The position numbers and the translations under genes were made by a program. The notes under the pieces were generated by a model that was not told the origin of the DNA, did no database searches, and saw only the letters and a program-made list of their open reading frames with translations. Source: a virus (lineage: Duplodnaviria; Heunggongvirae; Uroviricota; Caudoviricetes). Taken from it: 32,465 nt of DNA. Shown in pieces: positions 25,103 through 32,465 of the stretch (position 1 is the stretch's first letter; each line of letters begins with the position of its first letter). Location: IMG/VR virus record IMGVR_UViG_3300035520_000350, positions 1 through 32,465 of that record; one strand, given 5' to 3'.

Positions 25103-28100
25103 ATGGCTTACACTATAAATGGTAAGGTGTATTCAGACCACCCGTTAATGGATGAGATGATATATAACCTGGACATCATTATGAAAAAGATAGAGATCAA
25201 GAATGAAGAGTTAGCATTGAAGTATGAGTCTGAGGAATCAATAACAGCCTCAGATACTTTAATGTCTATCGAAATCGGAAACATCAGATTCGATACCTTT
25301 CCATTTACAGAAGAAATACTTTTAGCTTATGGATATGATCTTACATTAGCAAGTAAGTATTCTCTAGATAAGTACTTGATCCCTGAGAAAGACAGAGATT
25401 CTGTGTTCAACTTCGCCTGCAGATACTTTGAGGAAAACTATGAAGAGAAGAATAACTATTACAGATCTCTTATTGGTTTACCTTGGATAGACGAGAATCT
25501 ACCAGAAGATACTTACTATGTATATCTTGATGAAAGCTATATTACTGATAAGACAGTAAGAGATGTATTTGACTTCTCTATACCCTTACATGAGTATGAA
25601 AGCTATCAGATAGCAGTACTTAATACAACTGGTATCATGGATAAGATATATGCTAATTATTCTGCTAAGCAGTATAAGTATATCCATTTTTTAGGTGATA
25701 CTAAGATGGATGTTTACTATGTACGTAAGGCTACTAAGTGGGATATCTTATATATGCCTAATGTAGAGACTCTTGTATCTGATAGATTCAAAGAGTTATA
25801 CCAGATCAATAAAACTCTATATCTTAAAAGATTCTATAGTCAGGCTTATGAAGCTAGTTCTGATTACTATGATGAGTTTATGATTATCATGTTATTGTGT
25901 CAGACATATACTGATATGATAGCTGATATACCTGAGTGGTATGTGCGGCGTGACGTATTTGACTTACGTTCTTGCCAATACTTCTTAGAGTCTAATGGTA
26001 TTGAGTTCTTTGATGAGATACCTCTCAAGTATCAAATCAAGTTAGTAAAGAATATCAATAAGCTTATAAGATATAAGTCTACTAATCAGAATATCTGGGA
26101 TATCATAGATATCTTTGGTGTAGATGCTACAGTCTATAAGTATTATCTCTTTAAGCAGAGAATAGCAAACGATAAAGGTTCTTATGCTACAGGGCAAGAA
26201 CCTAGTGATGCTTATGAATTAAAGTTTATCAAAGCTCCTATTGGAGAATCATATGATGATAGTATTAAGAGTAAGACTCTTATATCTGACTACGATGATA
26301 TTACTTTACTTGATAAGTATTGGGATGGAGAGGATGATCATGAAGAGGTAAAGAATGCTCACTTAGCTAAAGACTTTACTATAGAAGGCACCAAGTTCAT
26401 TACTCTTGAGAATAAGGTATCGATCAATGATTATTCTTTCCAGTTAGAGTACTTCTTTGGTCTCATTATGGATAGTGATATGCATATGAGTGATATAGCA
26501 ATCAATATACCTACTATATCTAGTATGATATCGTTTCCTATATCTGACCTGTTTATTTTACTGCACTGTCTTACTGGTAGCTATGACGACTATAGAGTAT
26601 TGATTAGAACGCCTAGGGATGTTACTAACAATACTGCTACAGAGTTTGAGTTATATCAGGAGTACGACGGTGGGTACGTGTATACTAATAAAGCAGAGAT
26701 AGACTTATTCGGTGGTAGTCCGGGTATTGATCAAGACTATATGTTTGGAGTAGACGGAGGCAATCATCCTAAGTATACTACTCTTAACGAAGAATCCTTC
26801 TATGAATGGTTGAGATGTAAATATCCTAATATGTGGATTGATATGACTGCTAGAGTCTATGGATTCAATATGAAGGCTGATCTTAAATGGTTAGCTGAAG
26901 TGGTATCATTTAGACATTCTAACTTCCATTTCCAGAAAGGATATACTCTTGAGGAACTTGGAGTAAGTGGTTATATTACTACTACAAACATTACTACTCT
27001 TGATGATCTGATGAAAGTATATGAAACAAATTCTACTATTCATGATAATTTACTTGATAAGATTGTTAATGCTGATTCAAGAGATCAGAAGGTAGTATAT
27101 CAGTTTGTATTTGACTATCTCTTCACTAGGAAGTTTGACTACGATAGGTATACTCTTAAGGCTACAGGGCAGTTAGCTGAGTCTTATGATGAAGTATTAA
27201 AGGAAAAGAACTATGTCTTATATGAGTACCATCTTTCTGTAACAAGTGAGATAGATAAGGAAACAAGACAAGACCAGATTAGATCTGCTATGAATGATAT
27301 AGTGAATACTTTGGACTATTATCTTAGTTATGATAGTTTGAATCATATCTTCTCTGTGTTTACTACTAGCTCTTATACTAATATACTTCATTACATCTAT
27401 CTTGTAGTAAACTTCTTTAAGTCCTATAAGGTACACTTTCTTGATACTTACGTTACATTCCAGACAGATAATAAGTTAGACAACTATCTTAATATCACTG
27501 ATAACGTAAAGGAGTATTGCTTAGACTATCTTAGACCAGATCAATTGTTTATAAGAGACAATAACAAACTGGTTCTTGATACTAAGTATACTAAAGCAGA
27601 TAGTTTAGGTATTAGAGATACTGCTATAACTACTTTCAATACTAGTAAGATAGATCGAATGATTATAAAAGATCTTATGCTTCCTACTGCTTTATATGAG
27701 TCTAAAGAAAAGGTGTCTCATAGAGATAGACTAGGAGATATAGATACTAGTCTTGACTTTGAAGATTCTCTTGCTTATCAATATAAAGAGACTCTTGATG
27801 TATATGGATACTATGAACCAGATCCTACTATTGATATGAACTTAGATGGTGGAGAAGTATCTACTACTTATGATGAAAGTGGTGATATAGATGGTGGAGG
27901 AGTTACTCTTAAAGCTAGTGCTCCATTCATTACTTATAATGGTGGAGAACAGGGTATAGAGTTAGCTCTATTTGATCTTGATGGTGGAAGTACTCAAGAT
28001 GCAATAGAAACAGTAGATATAGATGGTGGTGGAACTGAAGAGTGGGAAGATACTCAGTTAGCAAACAATACATTGTCTTATGTAATAGATGGTGGAGTAC

Positions 28101-28531
28101 CTAATCTACATCATTACTATACTACAACTATGGCTACTGACATTAATGTCAATAAGTTATCTCTCAGTGTACGTGTTGAATCTCAGTATCATGGAAGATA
28201 CAATACATTAGTTATACTGGATGATGGACTTGCTATATTGGATAACTGGATGAGTGAAACTCGGTATGCTATTATAGAGTCTAATTTAGAATTTCTATAT
28301 GACGATATAGACAAGTTTAAAGTTACTTATGACAACTTTACAAAGGATCTTGAGGAAACGAACACAAGGGTAAATACTGTAGTTGATGATTATTTCAAAG
28401 ACCCAGTAAATGCAATGAATAATTTTTCATGGGATTCTGCTAAGACTCTTAATACAAATAAGAGTTATACAGACCAAAAGTCCCGTCAGCTATATGACTA
28501 TTGGAGAAACTACATCAATAGCAAATATTAG
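25103..28531 (+). CDS. Large virion structural protein, probable baseplate wedge subunit
   Basis: 1142 aa; NNYYRSLIGLP and IRYKST...IIDIFG (reminiscent of baseplate wedge RxKGT-type motifs); DGG repeats; late-type motif upstream; adjacent to another structural-type gene. Confidence 0.6.
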   Translation: MAYTINGKVYSDHPLMDEMIYNLDIIMKKIEIKNEELALKYESEESITASDTLMSIEIGNIRFDTFPFTEEILLAYGYDLTLASKYSLDKYLIPEKDRDSVFNFACRYFEENYEEKNNYYRSLIGLPWIDENLPEDTYYVYLDESYITDKTVRDVFDFSIPLHEYESYQIAVLNTTGIMDKIYANYSAKQYKYIHFLGDTKMDVYYVRKATKWDILYMPNVETLVSDRFKELYQINKTLYLKRFYSQAYEASSDYYDEFMIIMLLCQTYTDMIADIPEWYVRRDVFDLRSCQYFLESNGIEFFDEIPLKYQIKLVKNINKLIRYKSTNQNIWDIIDIFGVDATVYKYYLFKQRIANDKGSYATGQEPSDAYELKFIKAPIGESYDDSIKSKTLISDYDDITLLDKYWDGEDDHEEVKNAHLAKDFTIEGTKFITLENKVSINDYSFQLEYFFGLIMDSDMHMSDIAINIPTISSMISFPISDLFILLHCLTGSYDDYRVLIRTPRDVTNNTATEFELYQEYDGGYVYTNKAEIDLFGGSPGIDQDYMFGVDGGNHPKYTTLNEESFYEWLRCKYPNMWIDMTARVYGFNMKADLKWLAEVVSFRHSNFHFQKGYTLEELGVSGYITTTNITTLDDLMKVYETNSTIHDNLLDKIVNADSRDQKVVYQFVFDYLFTRKFDYDRYTLKATGQLAESYDEVLKEKNYVLYEYHLSVTSEIDKETRQDQIRSAMNDIVNTLDYYLSYDSLNHIFSVFTTSSYTNILHYIYLVVNFFKSYKVHFLDTYVTFQTDNKLDNYLNITDNVKEYCLDYLRPDQLFIRDNNKLVLDTKYTKADSLGIRDTAITTFNTSKIDRMIIKDLMLPTALYESKEKVSHRDRLGDIDTSLDFEDSLAYQYKETLDVYGYYEPDPTIDMNLDGGEVSTTYDESGDIDGGGVTLKASAPFITYNGGEQGIELALFDLDGGSTQDAIETVDIDGGGTEEWEDTQLANNTLSYVIDGGVPNLHHYYTTTMATDINVNKLSLSVRVESQYHGRYNTLVILDDGLAILDNWMSETRYAIIESNLEFLYDDIDKFKVTYDNFTKDLEETNTRVNTVVDDYFKDPVNAMNNFSWDSAKTLNTNKSYTDQKSRQLYDYWRNYINSKY

Positions 28532-28580
28532 TAAAGGATGACTTTTATCAATCATAATATCAAAGGAGGTTTATAAGATA

Positions 28581-29438
28581 ATGAGTGGTACAAACCTTAT
28601 ACAAAAGAAGGATAACTACGATATCAAAGATGATTTTACCATTGTACGTTCATACGAGGAGATCGGTGGTATCATCAGAAAGGGTCCTAAAGCAACAAGG
28701 ATTGTTATTAGAGATTATGATACAGAAAAGATCTTACATGATACTCATAACAAGATCCTTATCAGTGCATCTCAGTTTACCGCATGTGACCAGTTCGGGT
28801 TAGATACATCAGTGATCTTCCCCTCTTATAACGAGGAGCTTGGATTACAGAATACTCTAGATTACAAGACAGTACAGCCAATGAATAGACCTATTGTATG
28901 TCTGTTCTGCGCTGGGCAGGGTGGATGTGGCACTGTAGCGAGTGATGTTTATACAGTAAAGTTTACTGATAGACTTGCTCCTAAAGATATGCTTCCTTTC
29001 AGATATGTAGATGAGAAGAATGACTTGAGTGATGAGTTACGTAAAGTATACTTCGGTAGATATAAAGACAGCAACGGTATGATCAGGTATATGTTTAAAG
29101 CTTTCGATACCGATCCTCAGTTACATCTGAGATATATCGATGGAACACAGATCACATCAGATATGTGGTCTATTGACTCTACTCAGGCTGCTGAGTGTTA
29201 TGTAGAGGTAAAACTTGATATCGATCGTACTGACTTCAGAGATTACTTTGAGAAGGTTACTGGCTGGGATAATGCTATCATTAACAGTCTTAGCCTTGTA
29301 TACGGTTGGTACGACAATACCATTGATAAGTATCTCTGGTATCAGCAGTTGCTTCCGTACTCCAAGCTCAATATTCCTAATGAGTATCTTATCGATGAGA
29401 CTAAGAGACTTGCTATCTCTTATGAGATTTACTACTAA
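28581..29438 (+). CDS. Probable virion structural (baseplate-associated) protein
   Basis: 285 aa, AAAGGAGG RBS; HNKILISASQF and C-terminal I.Y.IY resemble phage baseplate proteins (recall only). Confidence 0.5.
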   Translation: MSGTNLIQKKDNYDIKDDFTIVRSYEEIGGIIRKGPKATRIVIRDYDTEKILHDTHNKILISASQFTACDQFGLDTSVIFPSYNEELGLQNTLDYKTVQPMNRPIVCLFCAGQGGCGTVASDVYTVKFTDRLAPKDMLPFRYVDEKNDLSDELRKVYFGRYKDSNGMIRYMFKAFDTDPQLHLRYIDGTQITSDMWSIDSTQAAECYVEVKLDIDRTDFRDYFEKVTGWDNAIINSLSLVYGWYDNTIDKYLWYQQLLPYSKLNIPNEYLIDETKRLAISYEIYY

Positions 29439-29446
29439 AATCTATA

Positions 29447-29479
29447 GGGGTAGGAGTAATATCCTACCCCTTATCTTTT
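29447..29479 (+). terminator. Intrinsic terminator
   Basis: GGGGTAGGA-gtaata-TCCTACCCC then TTATCTTTT. Confidence 0.8.
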
Positions 29480-29529
29480 GATATGTGATATATTTCACAT
29501 TAGTATAATTTACTTAAAGGAGGTATATT

Positions 29530-30837
29530 ATGGCTACTGAAGTAAGAAAGCCTAAGATGTGGGCTTGTAATGATACTTCTGTTATAGAAGACTTAAAAGA
29601 AGTTACTGTAGATAAGAATAACCTAGTTCAGATACTCTTATCATTAAAAGAATCTGATATAACCTATACGTTTATGATGAACCTGTTTGGAGATTTTGGT
29701 GGTACTCATCTGTGTGCTCCTTATGATCTTATAGAGGTGCCTGCTGGTAGATATACCTATAAGAATAGTAAGGGTAAAGAAGTCTCTAATAAGAATAAGT
29801 TTACTACCACTATTGGTATATGGGTATTCAACGTATACTTCTTAAGAGATGATGGAATAGCTCATCTGTTTAGTTATCTTAATGAGCCTGTTGGAAAGAA
29901 GTTGTTTGGTAGAATCAACCAGACTATGTCTTATGCTCTACTTGAAGATAAGATTACTATAGAACAACATAAGAGATATCTTGAAAAGACTCAGTGGATA
30001 ATGCCTTTTGAAACAGTATTAGCTCCTAATCATTCTGAGAAGATGCTTACTTGCACTAAAGCTATAGATAAGAAGAAGAGAGAGTTATATAAGAAGTATA
30101 AAGCAGATATAGATGCTGGTAAAGTAGATGTAGCCGAGAAGATGGAGAAAGAGTTACTTGCTTTTGCAGAAGAGTATATGGGCGATGATCCGGGTATGGA
30201 TATGTTTACATCTGGTGGTGGAGGAAGTTTTGAGAACAACTTCAAGAATCTCTATATAATGAAAGGACCTATTAAAGATCCTGATCCTAATGCTAAGCAG
30301 GAGTATAATGTAGCTTTGTCTAATTACTGTGATGGAATATCTGCCGATGAGTATACTCTTATTGCTAACTCTTTAGCTGCTGGCCCTTACTCTAGAGGTA
30401 AGAAGACAGAGACCGGTGGCTACTGGGAGAAGTTATTCGTATCTTCTTTGCAGCATGTAGTACTTGATGATCCAGGTACAGATTGTGGTACTGATAAGTA
30501 TATCACTGTTACTCTTACTAAGAAGAATATATCTCTGTATATGTATAACTATATCATAGAAGGTAGTAAGTTAGTAGAGCTTACTTCTGATAATAGAGAT
30601 AAGTATATAGATAAGAAGGTTAAGATGAGATTCTCATCTATGTGTAAGAGAACTAGTGGCAAGATCTGTAATCATTGTGCTGGTAATCTATTCTATAGAA
30701 TTGGTATTACTAATATCGGTGTAGCTACATCTCAGATAGCTTCTACACTTAAGAATATCTGTATGAAAGCTTTCCATGATGGAACTGTATCTACTACAGA
30801 AATTGATCCTATGCACGCTTTTAGCATAAAAGATTAA
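29530..30837 (+). CDS. rpoC: RNA polymerase beta-prime C-terminal (bridge helix to trigger loop) subunit
   Basis: KTETGGYWEKLFVSSLQHVVL..DCGT (E. coli [21 protein letters not shown]..DCGT), second Zn site C...ICNHCAG, NIG...MKAFH (MRTFH). Confidence 0.88.
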   Translation: MATEVRKPKMWACNDTSVIEDLKEVTVDKNNLVQILLSLKESDITYTFMMNLFGDFGGTHLCAPYDLIEVPAGRYTYKNSKGKEVSNKNKFTTTIGIWVFNVYFLRDDGIAHLFSYLNEPVGKKLFGRINQTMSYALLEDKITIEQHKRYLEKTQWIMPFETVLAPNHSEKMLTCTKAIDKKKRELYKKYKADIDAGKVDVAEKMEKELLAFAEEYMGDDPGMDMFTSGGGGSFENNFKNLYIMKGPIKDPDPNAKQEYNVALSNYCDGISADEYTLIANSLAAGPYSRGKKTETGGYWEKLFVSSLQHVVLDDPGTDCGTDKYITVTLTKKNISLYMYNYIIEGSKLVELTSDNRDKYIDKKVKMRFSSMCKRTSGKICNHCAGNLFYRIGITNIGVATSQIASTLKNICMKAFHDGTVSTTEIDPMHAFSIKD

Positions 30838-30870
30838 TCATATACTATAAACTTGTAAACAATCATTCAT

Positions 30871-30897
30871 GTCGGTAGAGTAATATACTCTACCGAC
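30871..30897. other. Palindromic hairpin between a promoter-like motif and an RBS
   Basis: GTCGGTAGAGTA-ata-TACTCTACCGAC; followed only by an interrupted T-rich tract. Confidence 0.7.
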
Positions 30898-30924
30898 TAT
30901 TATTTTCAAGGAGGATTTAAAAGT

Positions 30925-31392
30925 ATGTATAATTATGAAATCAAAGTCAAATGTTTTAATGAGGAGGTGTATAATCACGTCAAAAGTCAATTAGAGAGTC
31001 AGTTAAGACTCAGGAGATGGTCTATAGATAACTTTTTTATCTGCTCCAGTGAAGAAGGGTTTGTCTTTACTGCATCTATAGAAAGCAATTTCTATCCTAT
31101 CGTTGGATTTGATGTTGTAGCATATGATACATCCCTGTATGATATGAACAATGATAAGGATAATAAGTGTGAGATCACTATCTGTGCTAAAGGTATGCCG
31201 TACGAAGAGCGTTATAAGAAGATTGGTCAGGCTACACATTTCCAGTTCGTCGGCACGAAGGAATATGTGGATAGTAAGATTCTTATCAACACAGATGATC
31301 CGGATAAGACAGATGAGGCTGTGCTGATTGTATTCGGAATGGATCAGGTATTGATGCCACATTTCATCTTCTTACATGATGAAAATGAATAA
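30925..31392 (+). CDS. Hypothetical protein
   Basis: 155-aa ORF with AAGGAGG RBS. Confidence 0.8.
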   Translation: MYNYEIKVKCFNEEVYNHVKSQLESQLRLRRWSIDNFFICSSEEGFVFTASIESNFYPIVGFDVVAYDTSLYDMNNDKDNKCEITICAKGMPYEERYKKIGQATHFQFVGTKEYVDSKILINTDDPDKTDEAVLIVFGMDQVLMPHFIFLHDENE

Positions 31393-31450
31393 TCTGTGAT
31401 ACTGTATTACATGGATTATAAACTATAAAAATGTAAACGAGAGAGATAAT

Positions 31451-31485
31451 AAGGACAGTAGAGCTTAGTACACTCTACTGTCCTT
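31451..31485. other. Palindromic hairpin downstream of a promoter-like motif
   Basis: AAGGACAGTAGAG-N9-CTCTACTGTCCTT; no T-tract on +. Confidence 0.7.
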
Positions 31486-31619
31486 AAATTTATATCAAGA
31501 AGGAGGATAGAAATAAGTTTACAAACTTTACATAAGATAATTAGTGATATGGGGAATCACTTAAGAGATTATCTTGATAAAGTGTACTAAAAGAATAACT
31601 TCGAAAGGAAACTAAAGAC

Positions 31620-31982
31620 ATGGAAAATAACTTGACAAGGGAGCAAGTTGACAACTTGGAGATACTTGAAGAGAACGTGCAGGGCAGTATTAAAAGAATA
31701 GCTAGGTATTATAATGTGAACTATTATACCGTGTTAAACATCATGCGCGAGACTGGATATGGTCCTGAGGGGGCAGTTGAACTTGCAATTGAGAGAGAAG
31801 ATGAGAAATGGTTCTATCTTAAAGGCAAAATGTACGAGAACGTGGAAACCGCTTGCAAAGATTGTGGCTACGATTTGGATATAACCAAAGAAGTAGCTGC
31901 TCGGCAGAACTTAGAGCTTTCCGAAGCTTTACAACTATACTCTTATCTCTTAGCATCTAAATCACGTAAACGAGTGATTTAA
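31620..31982 (+). CDS. Small protein with two HTH-like repeats
   Basis: SIKRIARYYNVNYYTV and YENVETACKDCGYD resemble NUMOD1/HTH-type repeats; GAAAGGA RBS. Confidence 0.55.
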   Translation: MENNLTREQVDNLEILEENVQGSIKRIARYYNVNYYTVLNIMRETGYGPEGAVELAIEREDEKWFYLKGKMYENVETACKDCGYDLDITKEVAARQNLELSEALQLYSYLLASKSRKRVI

Positions 31983-31999
31983 TCAAAACGGAAAAACAC

Positions 32000-32026
32000 A
32001 TAAGAGGTGGGATAACCACCTCTTAT
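32000..32026. terminator. Hairpin between convergent genes
   Basis: ATAAGAGGTGG-gataa-CCACCTCTTAT followed by a T-rich tract. Confidence 0.8.
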
Positions 32027-32052
32027 TTCTTTCTTGTAAAGAAGTTTATTTT

Positions 32053-32265
32053 TTAGTCTCTTATCTTAGTACCTGTACTATATGGAAATCCTTCGAACTT
32101 AACATAGTAGCAGTTGTCTTCCATATCTCTCATTATATAGAGATGCTCAAAGTCTTCTGTTATCTCCTGTCTTAGTAATTCCCTAGTGGTATGTCTTACT
32201 TGGTTCTTATTATAAGTCTTTCTTACTATTCCAGGTATGAATATAGTGATATTGTCAGATCTCAT
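32053..32265 (-). CDS. Small hypothetical protein (70 aa, MRSDNITIFIPG...)
   Basis: Start reassigned to ATG 32265, coupled to the upstream TGA at 32257-32255. Confidence 0.65.
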   Translation of the reverse strand: MRSDNITIFIPGIVRKTYNKNQVRHTTRELLRQEITEDFEHLYIMRDMEDNCYYVKFEGFPYSTGTKIRD

Positions 32266-32464
32266 ATCTTTCCCACTCTCCCTTATCATTCTTCTTGTAA
32301 GTATATCCTTTGATGCTATAGATAATACCATCACTTCTTATATATTGATCCTTAGGAACCATAGCTATAGGAGAGAACTTATACTCATAAATCTTCTCTA
32401 AGTCTTTCCTATTGTCTAATAAGATATCTCCTACTTTTTCAACATCTACAATATCTTCTTTTGT
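32255..32464 (-). CDS. C-terminal part of a hypothetical protein entering from the right edge (not in ORF track)
   Basis: Open frame TKEDIVDVEKVGDILLDNRKDLEKIYEYKFSPIAMVPKDQYIRSDGIIYSIKGYTYKKNDKGEWERYEI*. Confidence 0.7.
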   Translation of the reverse strand, partial: TKEDIVDVEKVGDILLDNRKDLEKIYEYKFSPIAMVPKDQYIRSDGIIYSIKGYTYKKNDKGEWERYEI

Positions 32465-32465
32465 A

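Noticed and set aside
2570-31362. Antisense and alternate-frame track ORFs (2570, 6677, 10165, 10516, 11202, 11899, 11970, 13529, 15452, 16329, 16510, 16762, 18516, 20064, 27218, 28585, 29215, 30030, 31003)
   Set aside because: All are shadows of longer genes that have an RBS and motifs; they lack an RBS and have atypical composition.
1-32465. Stop-codon reassignment (alternative genetic code)
   Set aside because: ORFs are long in code 11; TAG and TGA end genes next to a following RBS or terminator. Fragmentation of the RNAP gene is explained by introns.
1-32465. CRISPR array, tRNA genes, or phage-nucleus genes (chimallin/PhuZ)
   Set aside because: No regularly spaced repeats, no cloverleaf, and no tubulin or shell motifs recognised. 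The palindromes are dispersed single copies.

Overview
AT-rich, densely coded segment of a jumbo phage related to phiKZ/AR9-type phages that encode their own multisubunit RNA polymerases. Strong AGGAGG ribosome-binding sites suggest a Bacillota-type host (inference). The main hidden feature is an RNA polymerase beta-prime N-terminal gene (12855->8807, minus strand) that the ORF track shows only as fragments. I reconstruct it by hand as 5 exons (about 563 aa) split by four group I introns packed into 384 nt of active-site coding sequence. It has a 24-28 nt micro-exon (INRNPTIA), a 105-nt exon with the catalytic AADYDGD motif, and an intron-encoded HNH homing endonuclease; two introns may end in A rather than the canonical G. 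Next to it is a three-gene cassette bounded by matching palindromes: radical SAM, HAD phosphatase, and an RlmN-like radical SAM enzyme with Ala in place of the resolving cysteine. Also present: a separate beta-prime C-terminal gene, two terminase-large-subunit-like paralogs (one running off the left edge), a tandem triplet of Cys-His protease-like genes with an unequal-crossover signature, RNase H, a prion-like low-complexity protein next to a kinase-like/Zn-ribbon protein with an internal start, probable baseplate genes, three recurrent promoter-like motifs and a family of GTAGGA/GTAGAG palindromes. All calls come from manual reading and motif recall; no database search or folding program was run.
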